From Burkholderiales bacterium (GTDB taxonomy: Bacteria > Pseudomonadota > Gammaproteobacteria > Burkholderiales > Casimicrobiaceae), in assembly GCA_020852555.1 (NCBI GenBank), contig JADZAQ010000200.1, positions 3,929 through 67,928 on the forward strand: a stretch of DNA of 64,000 nt, written 5' to 3'. Position numbers and translations under genes: made by a program. Of this stretch, positions 41,152 to 50,652 are shown piece after piece. Numbering within the stretch: position 1 is the first letter of the stretch; each line of letters opens with the position of its first letter. A model generated the notes under the pieces. It did not search any database and had not been told where the DNA came from. It was given only the letters and a program-made list of their open reading frames with translations.

Positions 41152-41307
41152 GGCGTCCGGCTGACAGCGGGTGGCGACATCCCGAGCTCTCGCCCGAGCG
41201 TCATCGCCGGCGAGACACGCAAGGCGCGCGACGCACGTGGCGCAGCGACGAGCGGTGCCGGCAGCACGTGACGCCGCCGATCGACGACGCTACCCCGCCT
41301 CGACGCG

Positions 41308-43299
41308 CTACCAGTGGATGCCGCGCGTGAGTTGTGCGAACGCGATCTGCTCGGGGGTGAGCTCCTGGCGAGGAGCCTCCTCGCCCTTCTTGCCCTGCGC
41401 CGCGGCCGAGTCCGGGAACATGTTGAACGCGGCGTTGAGCAGGATCTGCGTGAGCTTGGGGGCGGCGGCGTGACACACCGCACCGAAGATGCCGAGGCGG
41501 GTGGCGATGCGCACCGGCTTGTGCACGATCGCGTCGACGACCAGGTCGGCGGCCTCTTCCGGTGACAGCGTGGGGACGCTCTCGTAGATCTTGGTGGGTG
41601 CGATCATCGGCGTGCGCACCAGCGGCATGTTGATCGTCGTGAAGTGCACGTTCTTGTCGGCGAGCTCGCTCGCCGCGCAGGCCGAGAACGAGTCGAGCGC
41701 CGACTTCGACGCGACGTAGGCCGAGAAGCGCGGTGCGTTCGACAGCACGCCGATCGACGAGATGTTGATGATGCGCCCCTGCTGCTGCTTGAGCATCGTC
41801 GGCAGGAAGCCCATGATGAGGCGCAGCGCGCCGAAATAGTTGAGCTGCATCGTCCGCTCGTAGTCGTGGAAGCGGTCGAACGAATTCACGACACCGCGGC
41901 GGATGCTGCGTCCCGCGTTGTTGACGAGGTAGTGGCAGGCACCGTGCTCCTTCAGCACGCGGGCGACGAGGGCGTCGCACGAGCTCATGTCGGCGACGTC
42001 GGCGGTGTACATCCAGCAGGTGCCGCCGGCGGCCTCGATCTCGCGCTTCGTTTCGACGAGCTTCTCCTCGCCGCGGGCGACGAGGATCATCTTGGCGCCG
42101 GCGCCGGCGAGTTTGATCGCGGTCGCCCGGCCGATCCCCGACGAGGCTCCCGTGACCACCACGACCTTGCCCTTGACGCGTCCGGCGAGGCTGCGATCGA
42201 TGAAGAGGTCGGGATCGAGGTTGCGCTCCCAGTAATCCCAGATCTTCGCCGCATAGCTCGCGAGCGGCGGCACGCTGATCCCGGTGCCCTTGAGCGCTTT
42301 CACCGTTTCGCGGTTGTCGTAGCGTGTGGGCCAGTTGACGAACTGGAACACGTCCTTCGGAATGCCGAGGTCGGTGAGCACCACCCGCATCATCCGCTTG
42401 ACCGGGGCGAGCGACCCGATCCCGTAGAGGACCGGCGCCGGAATGAATCCGAACATCCTCGCATTAAGACGCATCGTCATCTGCGGCGCGTGCCCGGCCT
42501 TGGCGAAGATGTTGAGCACCTCGCCGATGCGGTGCGGGTGCGGATCGGTGAGGTGGAAGCACTTGCCGTCCTGCCCTTTCTTGTGCGCGATCGCGTCGAG
42601 GGCAGCGGCGACGTAGTCGACCGGCACGATGTTGATGCGCCCGCCCTCGATGCCGAGCATCGGCATCCACGGCGGGACGATGTCGCGCGCTTTCTGCAGC
42701 AGCTTGAAGAAGTAGTACGGCCCGTCGATCTTGTCGATGTAGCCGGTCTGCGAATGGCCGACGACGAAGCCCGGGCGGTAGATGCGATACGGGATCGCGC
42801 ATTCGTGGCGCACCACGGCTTCGGCATCGTGCTTGGTGCGAAAGTACGGATGGTCGAGGTCCTCGGCCTCGTCGAACATGTCCTCGCGGAAGACGCCGTC
42901 GTAGAGGCCGGCGGCGGCGATCGAGCTCACGTGGTCGAAGCAGCCGGCGCCGATCGCCGCGGCGAACTCGACGGCGTGCCGCGTGCCGTCCACGTTGGCG
43001 GCCTGCTGGCTCTCGGCGGAAGCCTTGAGGTCGTAGATCGCCGCCAGATGGAAGACGTGCGCGATCTTCCCCTTGAGCTTCCGCTGGTCGGCGGCGCTCA
43101 CCCCGAGGTTCGGCTTGGCGAGGTCGCCCAGCACCGGCACCACGTGCTTCGCGCCGTCACCCCAGGCGGCGCGCAGCGCGTCGAGTTTGCCCAGTGACTC
43201 CTTGCGGACGAGCACGTAGACGGGCTTGCCGCGGGCGACCAGTCGCTCGACGAGGAACCGTCCGATGAAACCGGTCGCGCCGGTGACGAAGTAAGCCAT
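41308..43299 (-). CDS. Two-domain SDR, fatty acyl-CoA reductase (alcohol-forming type)
   Basis: TGATGFIG + YFRTK domain; TGASSGIG, NNAGRSIRR, YVASK, MPLVRTPMI domain; 663 aa. Confidence 0.85.
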   Translation of the reverse strand: MAYFVTGATGFIGRFLVERLVARGKPVYVLVRKESLGKLDALRAAWGDGAKHVVPVLGDLAKPNLGVSAADQRKLKGKIAHVFHLAAIYDLKASAESQQAANVDGTRHAVEFAAAIGAGCFDHVSSIAAAGLYDGVFREDMFDEAEDLDHPYFRTKHDAEAVVRHECAIPYRIYRPGFVVGHSQTGYIDKIDGPYYFFKLLQKARDIVPPWMPMLGIEGGRINIVPVDYVAAALDAIAHKKGQDGKCFHLTDPHPHRIGEVLNIFAKAGHAPQMTMRLNARMFGFIPAPVLYGIGSLAPVKRMMRVVLTDLGIPKDVFQFVNWPTRYDNRETVKALKGTGISVPPLASYAAKIWDYWERNLDPDLFIDRSLAGRVKGKVVVVTGASSGIGRATAIKLAGAGAKMILVARGEEKLVETKREIEAAGGTCWMYTADVADMSSCDALVARVLKEHGACHYLVNNAGRSIRRGVVNSFDRFHDYERTMQLNYFGALRLIMGFLPTMLKQQQGRIINISSIGVLSNAPRFSAYVASKSALDSFSACAASELADKNVHFTTINMPLVRTPMIAPTKIYESVPTLSPEEAADLVVDAIVHKPVRIATRLGIFGAVCHAAAPKLTQILLNAAFNMFPDSAAAQGKKGEEAPRQELTPEQIAFAQLTRGIHW

Positions 43300-43468
43300 C
43301 GTTCTCTCCTCCTTGCGCCGCGTCGCGGCGATTGTACGCTGTCGTGCACCGCTCGACCGCCCCATTCGCCCGCCTTCGACCGGTCGCGCTTTAGTATGAT
43401 TGCTCTACGGTTCACGGCGCAGTATCGACGGTCACCGACCGGCCAACGACACGAAACGAGGACGAGCG

Positions 43469-44068
43469 ATGCTGAAGAAAGCACGGGCCGCAATGGCCAA
43501 CGAAGATGACGCCGCGGCAGCGGGCAAGGGACCTGGCAAGGGCGGTCGCAAGGCTGCCGAGGCGAGCCGCGATACCTCGCAGCAGATCCTCGATTCCTCA
43601 CGCAGCATCTGGCTCGCCGGCCTGGGCGCGTTCTCGCGCGTGCAGGCCGAAGGCGCGCGGATGTTCGAAGGCCTGGTCAAGCAGGGCGAGGCGCTGGAAT
43701 CGAAGACGCGCCGCGCCGCCGTCGATACGGCGGCGGCCGCGACCGACGCCGCCAAGGCCAAGGTGAAGGAAGTCAAGGATGGCGTCGGCGGCACCTGGGA
43801 CAAGCTGGAGCAGGTCTTCGAGGCGCGGGTGGCGCGTGCGCTGGCCAAGCTCGGCGTGCACACGCAAAGCGACGTCGAGCGTCTCGCCGAGCGGGTCGAC
43901 GCGCTCTCGGCGGCGGTGAACGAACTCATCAAGGCCGGCGGCGGCAAGGCGCCCACCGGCAAGGCACCCGCGGTCAAGCGCGCCCGCAAGCCGAAGACGG
44001 CGCCCGCCGACGCTGCCTCCGCGACGACCGCGCCGCGGCGCACGCGCGGCAAGCGCACGGCCGGCTGA
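43469..44068 (+). CDS. Phasin family (PhaF/PhaI-like) granule-associated protein with basic tail
   Basis: IWLAGLGAF, FEGLVKQG, WDKLEQVFEARV; Lys/Ala/Pro-rich C-terminus. Confidence 0.85.
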   Translation: MLKKARAAMANEDDAAAAGKGPGKGGRKAAEASRDTSQQILDSSRSIWLAGLGAFSRVQAEGARMFEGLVKQGEALESKTRRAAVDTAAAATDAAKAKVKEVKDGVGGTWDKLEQVFEARVARALAKLGVHTQSDVERLAERVDALSAAVNELIKAGGGKAPTGKAPAVKRARKPKTAPADAASATTAPRRTRGKRTAG

Positions 44069-44134
44069 CGCCGCCGTCGTCGCGATTTCGGGAGCGCGCC
44101 CGGCACCCCGCGGGGTTCGGTGGGCGCGGGTCGG

Positions 44135-44410
44135 CTACACGCGGTTCAGCTTGTCGACCTGCTTCACGTACTGCGTCATCGCTTCGTCGCGCGTCATGCC
44201 CTTGAGCTTCGCCCACGCATCGTATTTCGCGCCGCCCACGAAATCGAGACCGCCCGGGCGCGCTCCCTTCACGTCGCCTTCGGTCGCCTGCTTGTAGTAC
44301 GAGTAGAGCTTGAGCAGCGTCGTGTTGTCCGGCTTCTTCTTGGTCTGCTTCGCGGCGGCCGCCGCGGCTTCGAACTTGGCGGCGAGGTCGTCCTTCTTTG
44401 CGGTGGCCAT
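44135..44410 (-). CDS. Acyl-CoA-binding protein
   Basis: LLKLYSYYKQATEGD, AKYDAW..LKG. Confidence 0.92.
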   Translation of the reverse strand: MATAKKDDLAAKFEAAAAAAKQTKKKPDNTTLLKLYSYYKQATEGDVKGARPGGLDFVGGAKYDAWAKLKGMTRDEAMTQYVKQVDKLNRV

Positions 44411-44524
44411 GCAGGGTCTCCTCCGGGCACGCGGCACGTTCGCGCGCGTGTTTCGTGCTACTTTAGCGTGATCGCAGAGTCGCCCGCAACGAGCGCGCTC
44501 ACGCCCCGCGCCCCTTCGTCCACC

Positions 44525-45985
44525 ATGCCCGCAGCCCGACGCGTCAAGATGTCCGCGGTCGACACCGCGTGGCTGCGCATGGATCGGCCGCAGAACCTCA
44601 TGATGATCTGCGGCGTGCTGCTGTTTCGCAAGCGCATCGCGCTCGCGCGGCTGCGCCGGCTGGTGGCCGAGCGCTTCGTGGTGTTCCGTCGCTTCCGTGA
44701 CCGGCCGCACGAGGTTGCGGGCGTCGCCTTCTGGGAGGCCGATGGTCACTTCGACATCGCGAACCATGTGGTTCGCGCGGAGTTGCCGCAGGGCGGTGGC
44801 CGCGGCGAGTTGCAGGCGCTCGTCTCCGACCTCGCGACGACGCCGTTGGATCCCGCGCATCCCCTGTGGCAGTTCCATCTGGTGCCGGACTACCAGGGGG
44901 GTAGCGCGGTGATCGTGCGCATCCACCATGCATACGCCGACGGCATCGCGCTCGTCCGGGTCATGCTGTCGATGACCGACGCCGGCCCCGATGGCCCTCC
45001 CGCGATGCCGTTCGCGCCGCGACCGCGGCGTGCGGCCGCCGATCAGGATCCCCTGAGCGCGCTGCTCGGTCCCCTCTCCGGGGTCGCGGGCGTGGCACGC
45101 AAGCTCGGTGCGACGCTGGTCGAAAAGGGCGCGGGCCTGGTCGCCGATCCCATGCGCGCGGTGACGCTCGCCGGCGAAGGGGCGGCCCTCACCGCGGACG
45201 TCGCCAAGCTCGCCTTGATGGCGACCGATTCACCGACCCGCTTCAAGGGCGTTCCCGGGGTAGCCAAGCGCGTGGCGTGGACCGATCCGCTGCCCCTGGG
45301 CGAGGTGAAGACGATCGGCTATGCGCTCGGCGCATCGGTGAACGATGTCGTGCTCTCCTGCGTCGCCGGTGCGCTGCGCAGTTATCTCGAAGAGAAGGGC
45401 GACCCGACGCTCGGGGTGATGACGCGCGCGCTCGTCCCGGTCAATCTCCGGCCGATGGAACAGGCCTACCGGCTCGGCAACCAGTTCGGCCTCGTCTTCC
45501 TCGACCTGCCCATCGGCATCGAAAACCCGATCGAGCGACTGTACGCGGTCCGCGCCAACATGAATTCGCTCAAGGGCTCGTACCAGCCGATGCTCGCCCT
45601 CGGCCTGCTCGCAGCGATGGGCTCGGGTCCGCGCCCCATGCAGGAGTTCATCCTGCAGGCGCTGGCGCGCAATGCGACGAGCGTGATGACCAACGTTCCC
45701 GGACCGCAGCAGCGTCTCTACCTCGCCGGGGCACCGATCGACAGCCTGATGTTCTGGGTGCCGCAATCGGGCAACATCGGAATGGGGGTATCGATCATCT
45801 CGTACGACGGGACCGTGCAATTCGGCATCATCGCCGATGCCGGCCTGTGCCCCGATCCCGAGCGCATCGCCGACCGCGTCGCCCGCGAGTTCGAGCAGCT
45901 CGTGCTCACCACGCTGATGGCGCCGTGGCCGCGCACCGGCGACCTCGATCCCGAAGACGCCGCCGCGGCGATCGCGCGGCAGTAA
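44525..45985 (+). CDS. Wax ester synthase/diacylglycerol acyltransferase (WS/DGAT)
   Basis: PLW, HHAYADG (HHxxxDG), VNDV, TNVPGP. Confidence 0.92.
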   Translation: MPAARRVKMSAVDTAWLRMDRPQNLMMICGVLLFRKRIALARLRRLVAERFVVFRRFRDRPHEVAGVAFWEADGHFDIANHVVRAELPQGGGRGELQALVSDLATTPLDPAHPLWQFHLVPDYQGGSAVIVRIHHAYADGIALVRVMLSMTDAGPDGPPAMPFAPRPRRAAADQDPLSALLGPLSGVAGVARKLGATLVEKGAGLVADPMRAVTLAGEGAALTADVAKLALMATDSPTRFKGVPGVAKRVAWTDPLPLGEVKTIGYALGASVNDVVLSCVAGALRSYLEEKGDPTLGVMTRALVPVNLRPMEQAYRLGNQFGLVFLDLPIGIENPIERLYAVRANMNSLKGSYQPMLALGLLAAMGSGPRPMQEFILQALARNATSVMTNVPGPQQRLYLAGAPIDSLMFWVPQSGNIGMGVSIISYDGTVQFGIIADAGLCPDPERIADRVAREFEQLVLTTLMAPWPRTGDLDPEDAAAAIARQ

Positions 45986-46096
45986 TCGCGGATCGGAGAT
46001 CAGCAGGGGCCTTGGCGCTGCGCTGTCTTCGTCGTCGACGCATCACCTCGACGCAACCCGGCGCTCGATGCGCCGCCACCGGACCCACCGCCACGA

Positions 46097-46124
46097 CTGA
46101 TCCCTGATTCCTGATCTCTGATCC
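46097..46124. repeat. Short heptamer tandem repeat (CTGATYY x4) between convergent genes
   Basis: CTGATCC CTGATTC CTGATCT CTGATCC. Confidence 0.6.
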
Positions 46125-46128
46125 CTGG

Positions 46129-47073
46129 CTACGGCCACGCCGGGAACGTATTCGGCGCCGTGAACGCCTCCTTGAGGTACGGATTGAGCGGCACCACGAG
46201 ATCCTTGGTGTTGAACCACTTGGCATAGATCCGCCGGATCTCGCCCGACTGGAAGAGGTCGATGAGCGCGCGGTTGACGATCTTCTCGAACGCCGGCTCG
46301 TCCTTGCGCATCACGATCGCGTACGGCTCCACCGACAGGTACTTGCCGACGACCGCGAAATCATCGGGCTTCTTCGCCTTGGAGATGAGGCCGTAGAGCA
46401 GCACGTCATCCATGAGGAACGCCACCGCCTTGCCGTCGTCCACCGCCTTGAACGACTCACCATGGTCGGGCGATTCGATGATCTTGACCTTGAGCACGCG
46501 CTCATCGTTCATCGTCTTGAGCATCTTCTCGCTGGTGGTGCCTTTGGTCACCACCACGCTCTTGCCGCGGACGTCCTCGAGCGAGTTGATGTTCGACGAC
46601 TTCTTGGCAAGCATCTTGATGCCGGCGATGTACGTCGTGTACGCGAAGGCGACCTGCTTTTGCCGGTCCCGGGTATTGGTGGTCGACCCGCATTCGAGGT
46701 CGATCTTGCCCTCGAGGAGCGCCGTGATGCGATTGGCCGAGGTGACGGGGACGAACCGGACCTCGAGCTTGGGCAGCTTGAGTTCGGCCTTGATGGCGTC
46801 GGCCACGCGCAGGCACAGATCGACCGAGTAGCCTTGCGGCTGCTTCTGCGCATCGACGAACGAGAACGGCACGCTGGTATCCCGCACGCCGAGCAGCAGC
46901 GTGCCGGTATCGCGGATGCGCTTGATCGTGTCGATGCTGGCCGGCGGCTTCTCCGCCGGCCCGGCGGGAGTGCTCGCGGCCTTGCCCGCTCCCGCCTTGT
47001 CCTGCGCGATCGCGCCACCGGCCAGCAGCGCGCCCGCCAGCAGGAGGGTGATGCCTCGTCGAATCCGTTTCAT
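46129..47073 (-). CDS. Amino-acid ABC transporter substrate-binding protein (GltI-like), orphan
   Basis: SVPFSF, GYSVDLC, DLECGSTTN, MDDVLL, EPY. Confidence 0.88.
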   Translation of the reverse strand: MKRIRRGITLLLAGALLAGGAIAQDKAGAGKAASTPAGPAEKPPASIDTIKRIRDTGTLLLGVRDTSVPFSFVDAQKQPQGYSVDLCLRVADAIKAELKLPKLEVRFVPVTSANRITALLEGKIDLECGSTTNTRDRQKQVAFAYTTYIAGIKMLAKKSSNINSLEDVRGKSVVVTKGTTSEKMLKTMNDERVLKVKIIESPDHGESFKAVDDGKAVAFLMDDVLLYGLISKAKKPDDFAVVGKYLSVEPYAIVMRKDEPAFEKIVNRALIDLFQSGEIRRIYAKWFNTKDLVVPLNPYLKEAFTAPNTFPAWP

Positions 47074-47113
47074 GACCCGTTCCTTCCCGGCGCCGATCGG
47101 CGCCATCACGACC

Positions 47114-47890
47114 TCATTCCAGTTCCGCCTTCGCGAATTCGACGTCGAGACGTTCCATGGCATCGGCAGGAGCGAGCGCTGCCGCTTTCTCGTACGCCGT
47201 GGTCGCCTCGCCGACGCGGCTCTTGCCGAACAGCATGAGCAGTCCGTTACCGTACTCGACGTGCGCGATGGGCGACTCGGGAAAGAGCGCCAGCGCCTTT
47301 TCGTAGTGTTCCAGCGCCGAGTCCTTCTTCGCGCCGTAAGTCATGCCGGCGACGAGGCCACCCACCTTGTCGATCACCTCGGCCTGGTAGGCGCCGAACG
47401 CGGTGTGCGCCTCGGCGTGCTTCGGTTCGAGCTTGAGCGCGGTGAGCAACGCGTCCTTGATCTTGCCGCCGTAGCCCTGCGTCAGCGCCTTCGCGACCGA
47501 GATGCCCTGACTGTAACGGCCGAGCGCGAAAGCGTACAGGTAGTGCGCATTGGCGTCTTTCGCCGCCGCCTGCCGCCGCGCATCGGCCAGCGCCACCGCC
47601 TCCTCCAGGAGCGCGAGCTTCGTCTTCGCGGTCTTTTCGAGGTAGTGCGCGTAGACCACCTGCGCCTTGATCGCCGCATTCGTTCCGGCGCCACCGGCCG
47701 CGGTGCCGAGTTTCACGGCCTCGTCGTAGCGGCCCGCGTGGAACGCCTGCCAGGCAGCCGCGACGGCGCCGTCCTTGGGAAACGGCTCGCCGTCACCACG
47801 GTGCAGCCGGGACCAGGCCTTCTTGAGGCGCGCGGCGTCGTAGTCGTATACCTTGTCCGCGTGCGGGAACTTCGCCCATTTGCCGGCCAT
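47114..47890 (-). CDS. Conserved hypothetical TPR-like helical protein
   Basis: LHRGD.EPFP, ALGRYSQGISV.KAL; helical repeats; AGGAGG RBS. Confidence 0.7.
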   Translation of the reverse strand: MAGKWAKFPHADKVYDYDAARLKKAWSRLHRGDGEPFPKDGAVAAAWQAFHAGRYDEAVKLGTAAGGAGTNAAIKAQVVYAHYLEKTAKTKLALLEEAVALADARRQAAAKDANAHYLYAFALGRYSQGISVAKALTQGYGGKIKDALLTALKLEPKHAEAHTAFGAYQAEVIDKVGGLVAGMTYGAKKDSALEHYEKALALFPESPIAHVEYGNGLLMLFGKSRVGEATTAYEKAAALAPADAMERLDVEFAKAELE

Positions 47891-47903
47891 GCCTCCTCCT
47901 TGG

Positions 47904-48551
47904 TCAGGGTGCTGCGAGATAGCCTTCGCCGATCCGTTCGAGCAAGGTACGGTCGTCCCCCACGAGATACGGTGCGAAGAGTCCAAGCACGTTGTGTGCC
48001 GCCTGATCAGGGGCGAGCTCGTCCCCGTGGCCGCGGTTCACCCGCTGCCACGACATCCAGTAGGTGCAGACGAGCGCGGCGTTGCTCGCCAGTACCTCGA
48101 TCTCCCGGTCGCTGGCGCGCATCCGGCCGGATCGCACGAGGCTCGCGCAGAGCGTCCGCAAGGTGGCATCCAGGCGTTGCAGGAGGTCGGCGAAGCGCCG
48201 GGCGAGGCGCCGGTTGCGCGAGGTGATCTCGTCGAGATCCCGATAGAGGAAGCGGTAGTCCGCCATCCGCTCGAAGAGGACGTGCAGAAGGAACCACAGG
48301 TCCTCGACGCCCGGCGACGCGTCGTCGGGGACGGCCAGAAGCGGCGCCACGCTCGTCGCGTAGGCGTCGTAGAGCTCGCCGATGATCTCGTCCTTGTTCC
48401 GGAAGTGGTAATAGAGGTTGCCCGGACTGATGGTCATCTCGTCGGCGATGTGCGCGGTCGTGACGTTGGGCTCGCCGTCGCGATTGAAGAGCGCGAGGCT
48501 CGTCTGCAGGATGCGCTCGCGGGTGCGGCGCGGCGGCTTGCGTTGCGCCAT
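47904..48551 (-). CDS. TetR/AcrR regulator (PhaD-like)
   Basis: TRERIL, ISPGNLYYHFRNK, YRFLYRDL. Confidence 0.88.
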   Translation of the reverse strand: MAQRKPPRRTRERILQTSLALFNRDGEPNVTTAHIADEMTISPGNLYYHFRNKDEIIGELYDAYATSVAPLLAVPDDASPGVEDLWFLLHVLFERMADYRFLYRDLDEITSRNRRLARRFADLLQRLDATLRTLCASLVRSGRMRASDREIEVLASNAALVCTYWMSWQRVNRGHGDELAPDQAAHNVLGLFAPYLVGDDRTLLERIGEGYLAAP

Positions 48552-48575
48552 CGGGCCGCCGCGCCGGGCCGGCGC

Positions 48576-49895
48576 CTAGCGCGCGCGGGCCACGGCGCGC
48601 TCGAGGTGATCGAGGGTGTGCCCGAGTTCACGTACCGCCTGCTTGACCGAACGCTGCGAGATGTCGTGCCGCAGCGGGCGCGGATCGTCGAGCGCCGCGG
48701 TGATGTCGCGGGCGGCGTCGCCCAGGCGCTCGTGCCGGAGCGTGATGCCGTGCCGGCGCAACAGGGGTTCGAGCGTGCCGGCGCGCGCCGCGAGGTTCAC
48801 CCGCGTGGTGGCGAAAGCCACGTTGCACAGGCGCCGGCGCTGCCGGTAGCTGAAGATGTTGGCGAAGAACATGTCGGCGTCTTCGCTCGCCGGCTCGAAG
48901 AGCACGATGTCGGCGTGCGGATACTGGCGCGCATAGCGATCCATCCCTACCTGCATGCGCGAATGGATCACCGCCCGAAAAGTCTGGTTGAGCACCAGCG
49001 GCAAGCCGCCGTCGGCAATGTGATCGACGCGCGGCATGCCGTGGCGCTGCGCGGCGCTGGCATCGAAGGGGACGAGCGGGTTCACGCACAGCAGGAGGCC
49101 GACCCCCTGCTCCAGCGCGACCGAGGCGTGCAGCGTCTTGTTGAGCGCGCCGTCGACGTAGTGACCACCGGCGATCGGCACCGCCGGGAAGAGCCCGGGC
49201 AGCGCGCTCGACGCCTCGATCGCGCGCGAGATCGGCACGTCGTCGTGCGCGCCGGGGCCGAAGGTGACCGGCACGCCGGTATCGAGGTTGGTCGCGACCA
49301 GGAAGAGCTTGGCGCGCAGTTCGCGAAAATCGTTGGTGCGCCCCGGCGCGCTGAAGAGGCGCGCCAGGAAGCGACCGATCACCTGGTTGTCGAAGATGCC
49401 GGTCGGCAGCGCCCTCGCCAGCGTGGCGAGCGACCGCGCCAATCCCTGGTGGAAGGGGTCGCGCAGGTATTGCAGCACCGCCTCGGTCGTGAGACCCGGC
49501 AGCGCGGCGAGGCAGCGTGCGAATTCACCGAAGGCCGGGCGCAGGAAGATCTCCGGCCGCAGCGCGGCATCGACGCCGTCGTCGATGAAGAGGCGGTACA
49601 TCTGCGCCGGCGACAGGCCGTTGGCGAGCGCCGCGGCGACGAAGCCGCCCGACGACACCCCGACGTAGACGTCGAGGCGACTGAGATCGAGGCCCTCGAG
49701 CGAGTCGGCCAGCGCGAGCAGCGCGCCAACCTCGTAGACACCGCCCAATGGACCGCCGCCGGCCAGGGCCAGACCGATGCCGCGCTTCGCAGGTCGGGCT
49801 ACCGCCGTGGCGGCGTGACGGGTGGATCGCGGCGCTGCGATCCGCTGGCGGGCTCCGCGACGCACGCGGCGTCCGGGTCGAGGCGAGTCCTGCAT
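48576..49895 (-). CDS. Patatin-like phospholipase/lipase
   Basis: GGGPLG, GVSSG, DGA motifs; start uncertain. Confidence 0.88.
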   Translation of the reverse strand: MQDSPRPGRRVRRGARQRIAAPRSTRHAATAVARPAKRGIGLALAGGGPLGGVYEVGALLALADSLEGLDLSRLDVYVGVSSGGFVAAALANGLSPAQMYRLFIDDGVDAALRPEIFLRPAFGEFARCLAALPGLTTEAVLQYLRDPFHQGLARSLATLARALPTGIFDNQVIGRFLARLFSAPGRTNDFRELRAKLFLVATNLDTGVPVTFGPGAHDDVPISRAIEASSALPGLFPAVPIAGGHYVDGALNKTLHASVALEQGVGLLLCVNPLVPFDASAAQRHGMPRVDHIADGGLPLVLNQTFRAVIHSRMQVGMDRYARQYPHADIVLFEPASEDADMFFANIFSYRQRRRLCNVAFATTRVNLAARAGTLEPLLRRHGITLRHERLGDAARDITAALDDPRPLRHDISQRSVKQAVRELGHTLDHLERAVARAR

Positions 49896-50039
49896 GTTCC
49901 CCCTTGGCACCAAGCGCCGGATCCCCGCCTGCACGCCCGTGGCGCGGTGTACGCCGTGGGCGGGTGCAATCGGACGCGACGATCCGTCGTCGGGACGCCG
50001 TTCAGCGGCGTCCCGGTTGCGCGCAATGGTAACGGAGAA

Positions 50040-50519
50040 CTACTTCGCGGCGCGAGCCTTTCCGCGCACGCCGCGCTTGGCGACGCGTGCCGTGCGTGGC
50101 GCGGTGGCCTTCTTCACGCCGTGCTTGCGCGTCGTCTTGCGGACGGTCTTGCGGGCCGGCGCATCGACGGCCATCGCTGGCAGCTTCACCTGCGGGAGCG
50201 ACCGCGGCAGCGTCTTCTGGACGAGCGACACGGCGGAGTCCGCCGCATCGCGCACGCCCGACTGGACCACGGCGCGGGTACGCCGCCACACCGAATTCAC
50301 CTTCGCGTACGACGTCTCGAGGCGATCGCCGACCACGCGGATCGTCCGCGCCTCGACGAGCGTGCCTTCCTTGACGAGCGAACGGAACATCGGGCCCGCC
50401 CCCGACTCGGCCCAATCGCGGGTGAGCGCGGCGGCGCCGAGGCCGGCGAGCCAGATCTGACGCGAGACGTGGCGGACGGTGCCGGTGGCCGGCGCGTTCT
50501 TGATGTCGGCATTGCGCAT
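50040..50519 (-). CDS. Phasin-like protein with Lys/Arg-rich tail
   Basis: RQIWLAGLGA, FRSLVKEG; AAAGGAG RBS. Confidence 0.75.
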   Translation of the reverse strand: MRNADIKNAPATGTVRHVSRQIWLAGLGAAALTRDWAESGAGPMFRSLVKEGTLVEARTIRVVGDRLETSYAKVNSVWRRTRAVVQSGVRDAADSAVSLVQKTLPRSLPQVKLPAMAVDAPARKTVRKTTRKHGVKKATAPRTARVAKRGVRGKARAAK

Positions 50520-50652
50520 GGTGCATTCTCCTTTCGAGTGCGCGCGGCCGTCTCCCGACCACGCTTCACGATGCAATGTAGCGACGAATCGCTAGAGGAA
50601 TCACACTAAAGCGCAGTACCGGCCGTAAAGCGCGGTGCCGGCCGGTGTCGGG

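Noticed and set aside
46097-46124. Heptamer repeat as a phase-variation or CRISPR-like element
   Set aside because: Only four degenerate units, intergenic between convergent genes, with no spacers.
47853-50609. Very long alternative-frame ORFs (e.g. 47853-50609 +, 20132-23290 +, 20277-23114 -, 55200-57701 +)
   Set aside because: Shadow ORFs of high-GC coding DNA; they overlap well-supported genes and have Arg/Ala/Pro-rich sequence with no motifs.
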